In this document: one piece after another, positions 8,591-16,796 of the stretch
Layout of the letters: every line of letters begins with the position of its first letter
How positions within the stretch are numbered: the first letter of the stretch is position 1
DNA from: Actinomycetota bacterium
GTDB lineage: Bacteria; Actinomycetota; Actinomycetes; Actinomycetales; Microbacteriaceae
Assembly: GCA_039796515.1 (NCBI GenBank)
Contig: JBDKJR010000221.1
Span: 1 to 35,161 of the forward strand
DNA: 35,161 bases
Direction of reading: 5' to 3'
Translations under genes and position numbers: made by a program
The notes under the pieces: model-generated
Told to the model about the DNA's origin: nothing
The model's input: only the letters and a program-made list of their open reading frames with translations
The model's database searches: none

Positions 8591-9909
8591 TCGGACCAGC
8601 CACCTACTTCAGGCCAGAGCATCGCGGCGACCTCGACCCGCGCACGCGGGCGCTCGTCGACCGGCGCGAGGCCGTGTTGTCTCCGGGCTATCGGCTGTTC
8701 TACGCACACCCCGTGGAGTTTGTGCGCGGCAGCGGCACCAAGCTCTATACGCGCGACGGCGACGAGTTTCTCGATGTCTACAACAACGTGCCCTCGGTCG
8801 GGCACGCGCACCCCCGCGTGACAGCCGCGATCGCCGAGCAAGCAGCGCAGCTCAACACCCACACGCGCTACCTGCACGAGGGGCTCATCGACTACGCCGA
8901 ATTACTGATCGCCTCGTTCACGCCCGGGCTCGACACGCTCACGCTCGTGTGCACGGGGTCTGAGGCCAACGACCTGGCGCTGCGCGTCGCGAAGAGCGCC
9001 ACCGGCAATCGGGGAGTCATCATCACCGAGAACGCCTACCACGGGGTCACGACCGAGATTGCGGCAATCTCGCCGTCCCTCGGCGGAATCGACTCGCTCG
9101 CCGAGTGGGTGCGCGTCGTGCGCCCTCCTCTCGGCGACGCCACCGGGATGGTGACGGATGCCCGCACCGCGATCGCCGACCTGCAGGCCGCCGGCCACGG
9201 AGTCGCCGCGTTCATCGTTGATACGACGTTTGCGAGCGACGGGTTCATCGCCCCCTCGCCGGCCACGGCCACGGCCCTCGCCGAGGTGCAGAACCTCGTG
9301 CACGACGCCGGTGGGCTTGTCATCGCCGATGAAGTGCAACCCGGCTTCGGACGCCTCGGCGTGCGAGACGGCGAACCCGGGCTGTGGGGCTATCGTCACC
9401 ACGGGCTGAGCCCCGACCTCGTAACGATCGGCAAGCCCATGGCGAACGGGCTGCCCGTCGCGGGGCTCGTCGCCCGACGCGAGCTCATGCAGGGCTTTGG
9501 CGACCGGGTGCGCTACTTCAACACCTTCGCGGGTACTCCCGTGTCGGTCGCCGCCGCGCGTGCGACGTGGGAGGTGCTGCACGACGAGCGCTTGCCCGAG
9601 AGTGCCGCAGTTGTCGGTGACGAGCTACGGGCGATGCTGAGCGAGCTGACCGCCCGGCACGACCGCCTCGCGAGCGTTCGAGGCAGCGGCCTCTACCTCG
9701 CGGTCGACGTCGTCGAGCCCACCACGGGCGAACCCGATTCGCCGGCGGCGGTGGCCCTCGTGAGCGAGCTGCGCGCGCGGCGCATCCTGATCAGCGCATC
9801 GGGGCGCGACAACGCCTCGCTCAAGCTGCGACCGCCCCTGCCGTTTTCGCGAGCCGACGCCGAACGGTTCATCACCGAGCTCGATGGAGCGCTCACCGAG
9901 CTTTCGTGA
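8587..9909 (+). CDS. Class-III aminotransferase-fold PLP enzyme, probably an ETNPPL/PHYKPL-like phospho-lyase
   Basis: ATGA overlap with the kinase stop. Motifs DVYNNVPSVGHAHP, NTHTRYLH, TGSEANDLALR, AYHG, IADEVQPGFGR, TIGKPMANG (PLP Lys), YFNTFAG and LKLRPPL. Confidence 0.85.
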   Translation: MIGPATYFRPEHRGDLDPRTRALVDRREAVLSPGYRLFYAHPVEFVRGSGTKLYTRDGDEFLDVYNNVPSVGHAHPRVTAAIAEQAAQLNTHTRYLHEGLIDYAELLIASFTPGLDTLTLVCTGSEANDLALRVAKSATGNRGVIITENAYHGVTTEIAAISPSLGGIDSLAEWVRVVRPPLGDATGMVTDARTAIADLQAAGHGVAAFIVDTTFASDGFIAPSPATATALAEVQNLVHDAGGLVIADEVQPGFGRLGVRDGEPGLWGYRHHGLSPDLVTIGKPMANGLPVAGLVARRELMQGFGDRVRYFNTFAGTPVSVAAARATWEVLHDERLPESAAVVGDELRAMLSELTARHDRLASVRGSGLYLAVDVVEPTTGEPDSPAAVALVSELRARRILISASGRDNASLKLRPPLPFSRADAERFITELDGALTELS

Positions 9910-9917
9910 CCGCGCGC

Positions 9918-10862
9918 TTAGACCGGCTCGACGGGCCCGGTTTCGGCGGGCAAGGCACGACGTTCGCGCTGAGCACGGCGGCGGTGCACGACGGCCTCCA
10001 CCGTGAGCACGATGAGGGCGAGCCACACGAGCGCAAAGCCAATCCACCGCTCGAGGGGCATGGGCTCAAGCAGCACGACGACGCCGAAGACAAACTGCAG
10101 CACGGGCGCGAAGTACTGAATGAAGCCCATGACGCTCAGCGGCAACAGCCGCGTTGCTCCCGCAAAGAGCAGCAGCGGCACGGCGGTAATGATGCCCGCC
10201 AGCGAGAGCAGTACGGCGTGCCCAAGCCCCGCGGCGCCCAGCGAGATGCCGCTCGTCAGGTGCACCCAGGCAAGGGCCACCACGGCGACGGGCACGAGCC
10301 ACGCGGTTTCGAGCGTCAAGCCTGAGACGGCCGAGACGCGCCCACCCATGCGGTTCTTGATGTAGCCATAGAATCCGAACGAGAAAGCCAGAGCGAGGGA
10401 GATGTAGGGCGGCTGGCCGTAGCCGATCGCGAGCACGAGCACGGCGACGACACTGATGCCCACGGCCACCCACTGCCCCCCGCGCAACCGCTCGCGCAAG
10501 AAAATCACGCCGAGCGCGATCGACACGATGGGGTTGATGAAGTAGCCGAGGGCGGCCTCGACGACGAAGCCGTTCGTCGAGCCATAGACATAGACGATCC
10601 AGTTGATGGCGATGAGGATGCCGGCCAGGGCGCTGAGCCCCATGATGCGCCGGTCACGCAGCAACGCCGCGAAGGGCCGAAACGCTCGCGTGAGCGCGAG
10701 CAGCACGAGACAGAACACGAGGGAGAGCACGATGCGCCACGTGACGATCTCGATGGGCGTGCTCGGTTCGAGCGACAAGAAGTAGAGGGGAAGAAAGCCC
10801 CAGAGCCCGTAGGCCGCAATCGCGAGAGCGAGCCCGCGCGGGGAGAGTCGCGAGTCGGGCAC
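9918..10862 (-). CDS. rarD: EamA/DMT-family transporter RarD
   Basis: AYGLWGFLPLYF, NWIVYVY, EAALGYFINP, ERLR and GFIQYFAP. The GTG at 10862 has TACAGT 6 nt upstream (leaderless). Confidence 0.9.
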   Translation of the reverse strand: MPDSRLSPRGLALAIAAYGLWGFLPLYFLSLEPSTPIEIVTWRIVLSLVFCLVLLALTRAFRPFAALLRDRRIMGLSALAGILIAINWIVYVYGSTNGFVVEAALGYFINPIVSIALGVIFLRERLRGGQWVAVGISVVAVLVLAIGYGQPPYISLALAFSFGFYGYIKNRMGGRVSAVSGLTLETAWLVPVAVVALAWVHLTSGISLGAAGLGHAVLLSLAGIITAVPLLLFAGATRLLPLSVMGFIQYFAPVLQFVFGVVVLLEPMPLERWIGFALVWLALIVLTVEAVVHRRRAQRERRALPAETGPVEPV

Positions 10863-10912
10863 GGTGCCACTGTAGCCCCCGTCGTGCGGAGGCTCGCGCG
10901 CCGTGAAACGCA

Positions 10913-10948
10913 CGAACCCCCGACCGCACGAAGCGGAACGGGGGTTCG
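10913..10948 (-). terminator. Terminator hairpin after groES
   Basis: CGAACCCCCG...CGGGGGTTCG inverted repeat just downstream of the groES stop. Confidence 0.7.
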
Positions 10949-10966
10949 GATGCGAGGGGGATGCGC

Positions 10967-11263
10967 CTAGCGCACGACCACCGCGAGCACGTCGCGAGCC
11001 GACAGCACCAGGAACTCCTGGCCGCCGTACTTCACCTCGGTGCCGCCGTACTTCGAGTACAGCACGCGGTCGCCCACGGCGACGTCGAGCGGAACACGGT
11101 TGCCGTTGTCGTCGATGCGGCCGGGGCCGACAGCGACAACTTCGCCCTCCTGGGGCTTTTCCTTGGCAGTGTCGGGGATGACGAGACCCGAAGCGGTGGT
11201 CTGCTCCGCTTCGACCTGCGTGATGACGATGCGATCCTCGAGCGGCTTGATGCTGACCGACAC
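10967..11263 (-). CDS. groES: Co-chaperonin GroES
   Basis: [34 protein letters not shown] and [17 protein letters not shown] before GTG 11263. Confidence 0.97.
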   Translation of the reverse strand: MSVSIKPLEDRIVITQVEAEQTTASGLVIPDTAKEKPQEGEVVAVGPGRIDDNGNRVPLDVAVGDRVLYSKYGGTEVKYGGQEFLVLSARDVLAVVVR

Positions 11264-11297
11264 GGTTGACCTCTTCTTTCTTACGACGATGAGGGGG

Positions 11298-11324
11298 TTG
11301 GCACACTCGACGTGCGAGTGCCAA
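11298..11324. promoter_or_regulatory. CIRCE element (HrcA operator), proximal
   Basis: TTGGCACAC-N9-GAGTGCCAA versus consensus TTAGCACTC-N9-GAGTGCTAA. Confidence 0.85.
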
Positions 11325-11343
11325 AGCAACTGTACCGAAGCGG

Positions 11344-11370
11344 TTAGCACTCACGCAATCCGAGTGCCAG
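11344..11370. promoter_or_regulatory. CIRCE element (HrcA operator), distal
   Basis: TTAGCACTC-N9-GAGTGCCAG. A groES -10 candidate TACAGT (minus strand, 11329-11334) lies between the two CIRCEs. Confidence 0.9.
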
Positions 11371-11405
11371 CCGTGGCCGTCGAACGGGAGTGGGAGGATC
11401 GGGGC

Positions 11406-12587
11406 ATGGATGCGAGCGAGCTGCGCGAATTGCTGACGCCCGAGGCGCTGCGACTGCTCGACGAGCTCGAGCCGAGTGCGGGCGTGAGCGACGCCCTCGC
11501 GCTCGTGTCGCGATTGCGCAAGCAGGGGCATCCGCCCGCCCGGGTCGCGGCCGTGCTCACGCAGTATCGATTGCGTCGAAAGGCCGCCGAGAAGTTCGGC
11601 CCCTTCGCCGAGCGGATGCTCTTCACGCCCACGGGTCTCGAGCAAGCCACCCGCCTGCGGGTCGCGGCGCTGCACGCCGGCCGCTTCGCCGCGGCCGGGC
11701 TCACGCGCGTGGCCGACCTCGGCTGCGGAATTGGCGGCGATGCCATGGCGCTCGCAGCCCTTGACCTGAGCGTCACGGCCGTTGAGCGAGACGACGTCAC
11801 CGCCGCGATCGCTGCCTACAACCTCATGCCCTTCGCGAGCGCGGCGGTCGTGCACGGCGATGCGCTCGAGCAGTCGCTCGACGACTGTGACGGGGTGTGG
11901 CTCGATCCGGCCCGGCGCGAGGGCGCCACTCGCCTCGCGTCACCCGACGATTGGTCGCCGAGCCTCACCGAGGCTCTCGCGATCGCCGAACGGCTGCCGA
12001 CCGGCATCAAGCTCGGGCCCGGGATGGATCGCGCTCTGCTTCCCGATGGCCTCGAAGCGCAGTGGGTATCGGTCGACGGCGAGGTCGTCGAGCTCGTGCT
12101 GTGGAGCGGCGCTCTCGCGCGGCCGGGCGTGGCCCGCGCCGCCCTCGTGCTGCGCGGCGACGATGCGCCCGCCGAGCTGCGGGCCGCCGCCGACAGCGAC
12201 GACGTCGACGCTGGCGAGCTGGGCGAGTTTGTCTACGAGCCCGATGGGGCGGTCATCCGGGCCCGCCTCATTGGCGACCTCGCGCGGTCTGTGGGTGGCC
12301 GGATGCTCGACTCGACAATCGCCTACATCACCGCCGACGCGGCCACCGTCACGCCGTTCGCCCGCGGGTTTCGCGTGCTCGAACGCCTGCCCATCGCCGT
12401 GCCCGCACTCAAGCGGGCCCTCGCCGCGCGCGACATCGGATCACTCGAAATCAAGAAACGCGGGGTCGACGTCGACCCCGCGGCCTTGCGCCCCAAGCTC
12501 GGGTTGCGCGGTTCGCAGTCGGCCGTGCTCATTCTCACGCGCGTCGCGGGTGAGCGCACAGCACTGATCGCCGAGCGGTGCGACTAA
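11406..12587 (+). CDS. Class I SAM-dependent methyltransferase with a THUMP-like C-terminal region
   Basis: GLEQAT, SAM motif I VADLGCGIGGD, motif IV-like LDPARR, then YEPDGAVIRA and LEIKKRG. Confidence 0.85.
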   Translation: MDASELRELLTPEALRLLDELEPSAGVSDALALVSRLRKQGHPPARVAAVLTQYRLRRKAAEKFGPFAERMLFTPTGLEQATRLRVAALHAGRFAAAGLTRVADLGCGIGGDAMALAALDLSVTAVERDDVTAAIAAYNLMPFASAAVVHGDALEQSLDDCDGVWLDPARREGATRLASPDDWSPSLTEALAIAERLPTGIKLGPGMDRALLPDGLEAQWVSVDGEVVELVLWSGALARPGVARAALVLRGDDAPAELRAAADSDDVDAGELGEFVYEPDGAVIRARLIGDLARSVGGRMLDSTIAYITADAATVTPFARGFRVLERLPIAVPALKRALAARDIGSLEIKKRGVDVDPAALRPKLGLRGSQSAVLILTRVAGERTALIAERCD

Positions 12588-12607
12588 GGTCGACCGCTCG
12601 GCGATCA
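12565..12607. terminator. Long hairpin between convergent genes, likely a bidirectional terminator
   Basis: TGATCGCCGAGCGGT(G)CGAC taag GTCG ACCGCTCGGCGATCA: a 19-bp stem with one bulge, and the methyltransferase TAA in the loop. Confidence 0.7.
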
Positions 12608-12632
12608 AGCAGCGAGGGGCAGAGCGGCAGGA

Positions 12633-13364
12633 TTAGCCGCCAAAGCCACCGTTCGCGCCGATGAAGATAAACGGCAAGAACGCGAACGCCAAGAAAATGA
12701 GGCCGACCAACAGCGAGAGCGCAATGCCCGCGTAGCCCGTGGAGAGTCCGCCGATCGCCATGCCGCGAGCGTGCGGCTCACGCTTGAGGGCGATGTGGCC
12801 GAGAATCACACCCGCGAGAGCGGGCAAGAACCCGAATCCGGCGAGCGACAACACGAGGCCGATGATGCCGAAAACGAGAGCCAACACGCTCAGCGTCGAC
12901 GAAGGGCCCGTCGGCAGGGCGCTGTAGGCCGTCGCGGCCGGCGCCGCCGGGGCGGCCACGGCGGGCGCATAGGGGTTCGGACGATCGGCGGCCGCGGCCG
13001 GAGCCACCACGGGAGCCGGCTCGACCGGGGCGGGCGCGGCGGCCGTCTTGGTCGCGGGCTTGGCGGCGGCCGCAGGCTTCGCAGCAGCAGCGGGCTTCGC
13101 GGCAGCAGGCTTTGCGGCAGCAGCCGGCTTGGCAGCCGCGGGCTTGGCGGCAGCAGCGGGCTTGGCCGCGGCAGCGGGCTTGGCCGCGGCAGAAGGCTTG
13201 GCAGAAGCAGCAGGCTTCGCAGCGGCAGCGGGCTTCGCAGCGGCCGGCTTCGCGGCCGCAGGCTTGCGGGCCGCGGGCGCAGCCTCGACGGTCGGCAGCG
13301 GAGCATCCGCCGCACCCTGACCGGGTGCGGGAGACGGGGGCGGGGGAAGCGTGGAATCGGCCAC
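12633..13364 (-). CDS. DUF4190-like two-TM membrane protein with an N-terminal Lys-Pro-Ala repeat region
   Basis: AAGGAG before GTG 13364. C-terminal LSVLALVFGI...LGHIALKREPHARGMAIGGL motif. Confidence 0.8.
   Translation of the reverse strand: MADSTLPPPPSPAPGQGAADAPLPTVEAAPAARKPAAAKPAAAKPAAAAKPAASAKPSAAAKPAAAAKPAAAAKPAAAKPAAAAKPAAAKPAAAAKPAAAAKPATKTAAAPAPVEPAPVVAPAAAADRPNPYAPAVAAPAAPAATAYSALPTGPSSTLSVLALVFGIIGLVLSLAGFGFLPALAGVILGHIALKREPHARGMAIGGLSTGYAGIALSLLVGLIFLAFAFLPFIFIGANGGFGG
13050..13270 (-). repeat. Coding tandem repeat of 15/18-bp units encoding 13 KP(A)n units
   Basis: Repeated gc(a/g)gc(a/g)ggctt(c/g) on the + strand; protein RKPAAAKPAAAKPAAAAKP... Boundaries are approximate. 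Confidence 0.9.
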
Positions 13365-13401
13365 AGGGCTCTCCTTCAGTAGTGTGCGTGCGGTAGAGGG
13401 G

Positions 13402-13641
13402 TTAAAGCGCCAGGCTGCCGAGGGTCGCGAGGTAGAGGCCCCAGAAGGCGAACCACGCGAGCGTGCCCACCCAGCCGATGATCGTGGCGGCAAGGGCCAT
13501 GCCGCGGCCCGCCTCGCCAGTCTGCGCAATTTGGCGCAAGGTGATGTGGCCCAAAACGGCCCCAGCGATGGGGACCAGAATCGCCAGAATCAGGGCCACG
13601 GGAGCAAGGCGGTTAGAGGTTCGAGCGGGTGACTCGGTCAT
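13402..13641 (-). CDS. Small DUF4190-like membrane protein
   Basis: SNRLAPVALILA...AVLGHITLRQIAQTGEAGRGMALAATIIGW. Confidence 0.82.
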   Translation of the reverse strand: MTESPARTSNRLAPVALILAILVPIAGAVLGHITLRQIAQTGEAGRGMALAATIIGWVGTLAWFAFWGLYLATLGSLAL

Positions 13642-13695
13642 GGGCGGGCACCGTTCGGGTCATGGTACGGGGAGGGAACTGCTTCGCACATGATA

Positions 13696-13732
13696 GAGGC
13701 CCGCACCCGAAATTCACCCGGGTGCGGGCCTC
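13696..13732. terminator. 14-bp perfect hairpin between DUF4190 genes
   Basis: GAGGCCCGCACCCG-N9-CGGGTGCGGGCCTC. Confidence 0.7.
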
Positions 13733-13748
13733 GCGTCGCGATGACGGC

Positions 13749-14057
13749 TTAGTAGGTGTACTCGCCGACCGAGCCGAGGAAGAGAAGCGGCGCAGCGATC
13801 GAGATAACGACCACGAAGAAGCCGACGACGAGGCCGACGTATCCGAGGATGAGGCCGGCCAGGGCGAGGCCACGACCGTTCTCACCCGTCTTCTTGATCT
13901 GGCTGAGGGCGATGTGCCCGCAGATCACGGCGCCGAGCGAGATGAAGAAGGCAAGCACGAGCGAAACGATCGCGAGCGTGTTCGTCTTCGCACCCGCGGG
14001 CGCGGCGTAGGGGGTCGGAGCCGGCTGCGCGGCGGGGGGAGGAGTGACGTCAGACAT
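13749..14057 (-). CDS. DUF4190-like membrane protein
   Basis: AGGAG RBS. Pro-rich N-terminus then TNTLAIVSLVLA...ICGHIALSQIKKTGENGRGLALAGLILGY. Confidence 0.88.
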   Translation of the reverse strand: MSDVTPPPAAQPAPTPYAAPAGAKTNTLAIVSLVLAFFISLGAVICGHIALSQIKKTGENGRGLALAGLILGYVGLVVGFFVVVISIAAPLLFLGSVGEYTY

Positions 14058-14105
14058 AGGGGTTCTCCTGAATCAAGGTCGGTGGCGGCCCGAGTGGGCA
14101 CGTCC

Positions 14106-14134
14106 ATGCTGGCAGTGCCCCGAGAGAGTGTCAA
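14106..14134 (-). promoter_or_regulatory. SigA-type promoter for the DUF4190 gene at 14057
   Basis: TTGACA-17 nt-CAGCAT on the minus strand. Confidence 0.6.
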
Positions 14135-14164
14135 CGAGGCGCGACGCACGACGTCACGGGCGAT

Positions 14165-15220
14165 TTAGGCCTGAATCTGGGTCACCGGCAAAGTCGAGTC
14201 GGCGCTCACGTCGAGCGACGAAGGGCCATGCCCGGCCACGATGAGTTGCGCGGCGAGCGCGGCGATCATCGCACCGTTGTCGGTACAGAGCGAGAGGGGC
14301 GGGATGCGGAGCTCGACGCCCGCCGCCTCGGCGCGCTCCGCGGCCAGAGCGCGAACCCGCGCGTTCGCCGCGACTCCCCCGCCCAGCAGCAAGCGCGGCA
14401 CTCCGAGGTCGGCGCATGCCGCGATGGCCTTGGCCGTGAGCACGTCGGCGACCGCCTCGCGAAAGGAGGCGGCGATGTCGGCGACGGGCACGGGCTCGCC
14501 CGCATCCCGCAGCTTTTCGACGTGGCGGGCGACGGCGGTCTTGAGGCCCGAGAACGAAAAGTCGTAGCGGTGCTTTTCGAGGTCTTTTGGCAAGGTCAGT
14601 CCGCGTGGAAAGCGCACGGCGGTCGGGTCTCCGTCAGCCGCCACGCGGTCAATGTGGGGGCCACCGGGGTACGGCAGGCCCAGCAACCGGGCAACCTTGT
14701 CGAAGGCCTCGCCCGCGGCATCGTCGATCGTCTCGCCGAGCAGTTCGACATCACTCGTGAGATCGCGCACGTGCAAGAGCGAGGTGTGGCCGCCCGAGAC
14801 GAGCATGGCGATGGTCGGCAACTCGATCGAGGGCTCGCCCTCGACGCGCAAGACGTCGGCGCCCACGTGCCCGACCAAGTGGTTGACCGCGTAGAAGGGC
14901 TTGTCGAGCGCGACGGCGAGCGCCTTCGCGGCTCCGACGCCGACCATGAGGGCGCCCGACAGCCCCGGACCGCTCGTGACCGCAATGGCATCGAGCTCGT
15001 CGAGGGTCACGCCCGCGACCGTGAGAGCCTCGCGCAGCGCGGGCTCGAGCGCTTCGAGGTGTGCGCGCGCGGCGACCTCGGGCACGACTCCACCAAACCG
15101 CGCGTGTTCGTGCATTGACGAGGAGATGACGTTGGCGAGGAGCGTTGTGCCGCGCACAATGCCGATGCCCGTTTCGTCACAGCTCGACTCGATGCCCAAG
15201 ACCAGGGGCTGTGCCGTCAT
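14165..15220 (-). CDS. tsaD: tRNA N6-threonylcarbamoyladenosine transferase TsaD
   Basis: [47 protein letters not shown] and CTDNGAMIA. Confidence 0.97.
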   Translation of the reverse strand: MTAQPLVLGIESSCDETGIGIVRGTTLLANVISSSMHEHARFGGVVPEVAARAHLEALEPALREALTVAGVTLDELDAIAVTSGPGLSGALMVGVGAAKALAVALDKPFYAVNHLVGHVGADVLRVEGEPSIELPTIAMLVSGGHTSLLHVRDLTSDVELLGETIDDAAGEAFDKVARLLGLPYPGGPHIDRVAADGDPTAVRFPRGLTLPKDLEKHRYDFSFSGLKTAVARHVEKLRDAGEPVPVADIAASFREAVADVLTAKAIAACADLGVPRLLLGGGVAANARVRALAAERAEAAGVELRIPPLSLCTDNGAMIAALAAQLIVAGHGPSSLDVSADSTLPVTQIQA

Positions 15221-15675
15221 CGCGGCACCTCCCAGCGCATGACGATCGCGTCGACGTCGTCGGGTTGGTAATAGCGCGGCCGCACGGCAATCGCCTCGAA
15301 GCCGTGCCGGTCATACAAGCGCTGCGCGGCGGGGTTGTCGGCTCGCACTTCGAGGAGCACATCATCGGCGCCGCGGGCAACAGCCTCGTCGAGCAGCGTG
15401 CGCAAGAGCTCGGCACCGAGGCCGTGACCGCGATGGCCGGCAGCGACCGCGATGGTCTGCACATCGGCTTGGCCTGCGGCGGCGGGGGCACTCAGGCCCG
15501 CGTAGCCCACGATCTGGTCGCCCGTCACCGCCACGATGTAGCGCGTGTGCGGCGCGGCGAGCTCGGCTGCCATCATGTCGCGGCTCCAGGCGTCGGTCAC
15601 AAACGTGGAGATCTCGAGGGCCATGATCGCGTCGAGGTCGCCGAGCGCGGCATCGCGAATCGATGCCGCCATCAT
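15217..15675 (-). CDS. rimI: Ribosomal-protein-alanine N-acetyltransferase RimI
   Basis: QTIAV...RGHGLG, LEVRADN, AQRLY and RPRYY. ATGA overlaps with both tsaB and tsaD. Confidence 0.92.
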   Translation of the reverse strand: MMAASIRDAALGDLDAIMALEISTFVTDAWSRDMMAAELAAPHTRYIVAVTGDQIVGYAGLSAPAAAGQADVQTIAVAAGHRGHGLGAELLRTLLDEAVARGADDVLLEVRADNPAAQRLYDRHGFEAIAVRPRYYQPDDVDAIVMRWEVPR

Positions 15676-16289
15676 GAGGTCACTCGCTTCGGGCTCGACA
15701 GGGTTACGTCGGGAGCGCGCAAGTAGAGCGGCTGGGGCGCGGCGAACGGCAGCCCGGCGGCGAGGCGAGCGAGTGCCACGTGCGCGAGCGGCACCGCGGG
15801 AATCTCGACGACCTCGTGCGCGGGCACGGCCTCGTCGGGGGTCCACTCAATACGCGCGACGAGGTGCGCGGGCTCGACGACCGTTGGCAGGGGCAGGGCG
15901 GCCGAGTACACCGTGACAGCGACTTCGCGGCGGCGGGCATCCGTCACCACGGCGAATCGGCCGGCAGCGATGCCCCCCTCGACAAGCGCGAGGGCGACGG
16001 CGTCGTGACTGGGAACCGGCAGCAACGGGATGCCCCGCGCAAAGGCGACCGCGTGCGCCGCCGCAATACCCACGCGCAAGCCCGTGTAGGGCCCCGGTCC
16101 GATGCCTGTGACGACACCCGTGAGGGCAGCGGTCGAGACGCCCGGCGCGTGCAGCACCTCGTTGAGGAACGGGCCGATGACCTCGGCGTGCCGACGGGTG
16201 TCGTCGGTGCTGCGCTGCGCGAGCACACGGCCGTCGAGCCCGACGACGGCAACGGCCGTGCCCGCCGATGTATCAATCGCGAGCAGCAT
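15672..16289 (-). CDS. tsaB: tRNA threonylcarbamoyladenosine biosynthesis protein TsaB
   Basis: LLAIDTS, HAE, GPGPYTGLRVG, DARRREV and PLYLR. Confidence 0.95.
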   Translation of the reverse strand: MLLAIDTSAGTAVAVVGLDGRVLAQRSTDDTRRHAEVIGPFLNEVLHAPGVSTAALTGVVTGIGPGPYTGLRVGIAAAHAVAFARGIPLLPVPSHDAVALALVEGGIAAGRFAVVTDARRREVAVTVYSAALPLPTVVEPAHLVARIEWTPDEAVPAHEVVEIPAVPLAHVALARLAAGLPFAAPQPLYLRAPDVTLSSPKRVTS

Positions 16290-16794
16290 GCAGCCAGCCT
16301 AGGTCGGCCCAGCGGGGGCCAATGCCCTCGATCGTGACGGTGCGCGGCTCGATGAGCTCAGCCGATTCAGACTCCGGGTGAACGTCGGCCTCGTCGACGG
16401 TCTCGGCCGCTCCGGTGGGGCGCATGATCGTGATCGATAGCCACTCATCGACGAGGTGTTCGATCAAGCCCGCGCCCCACTCGACGACGACGATCGATCC
16501 GGAGTAGTCGAGGTCAAGGTCGTCGAGCTCGGCCGCATCGCGCAAACGGTAGGCATCGACGTGCACGAGGGCCGGTTGGCCCTCACGGGGGTGGGTGCGC
16601 GCGAGAACGAAGGTCGGGCTCGTGACGGTGCCGCGCACTCCGAGCGCCGCGCCAAGCCCGCGCGTGAAGGTCGTCTTGCCTGCCCCGAGTTCACCCGTCA
16701 GCAACACGACGTCACCGGCGCCCAGCTGCGCGGCAACCTGCGCGCCGAACGCCGCCATCGCGTCGGGGTCGGCGATCGAGCGAGTGATCGCCAT
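16273..16794 (-). CDS. tsaE: tRNA threonylcarbamoyladenosine biosynthesis ATPase TsaE
   Basis: GELGAGKTT, VTSPTF, HVDAYRL and VVEW. Confidence 0.95.
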   Translation of the reverse strand: MAITRSIADPDAMAAFGAQVAAQLGAGDVVLLTGELGAGKTTFTRGLGAALGVRGTVTSPTFVLARTHPREGQPALVHVDAYRLRDAAELDDLDLDYSGSIVVVEWGAGLIEHLVDEWLSITIMRPTGAAETVDEADVHPESESAELIEPRTVTIEGIGPRWADLGWLHAARD

Positions 16795-16796
16795 CG

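Noticed and set aside
11040-11405. N-terminal extension of the methyltransferase in the 515-aa ORF
   Set aside because: It is antisense to groES and crosses the CIRCE elements. The real start is ATG 11406.
10863-11855. N-terminal extension of RarD in the 645-aa ORF
   Set aside because: It overlaps groES, its terminator and the methyltransferase. RarD homology and a -10 place the start at 10862.
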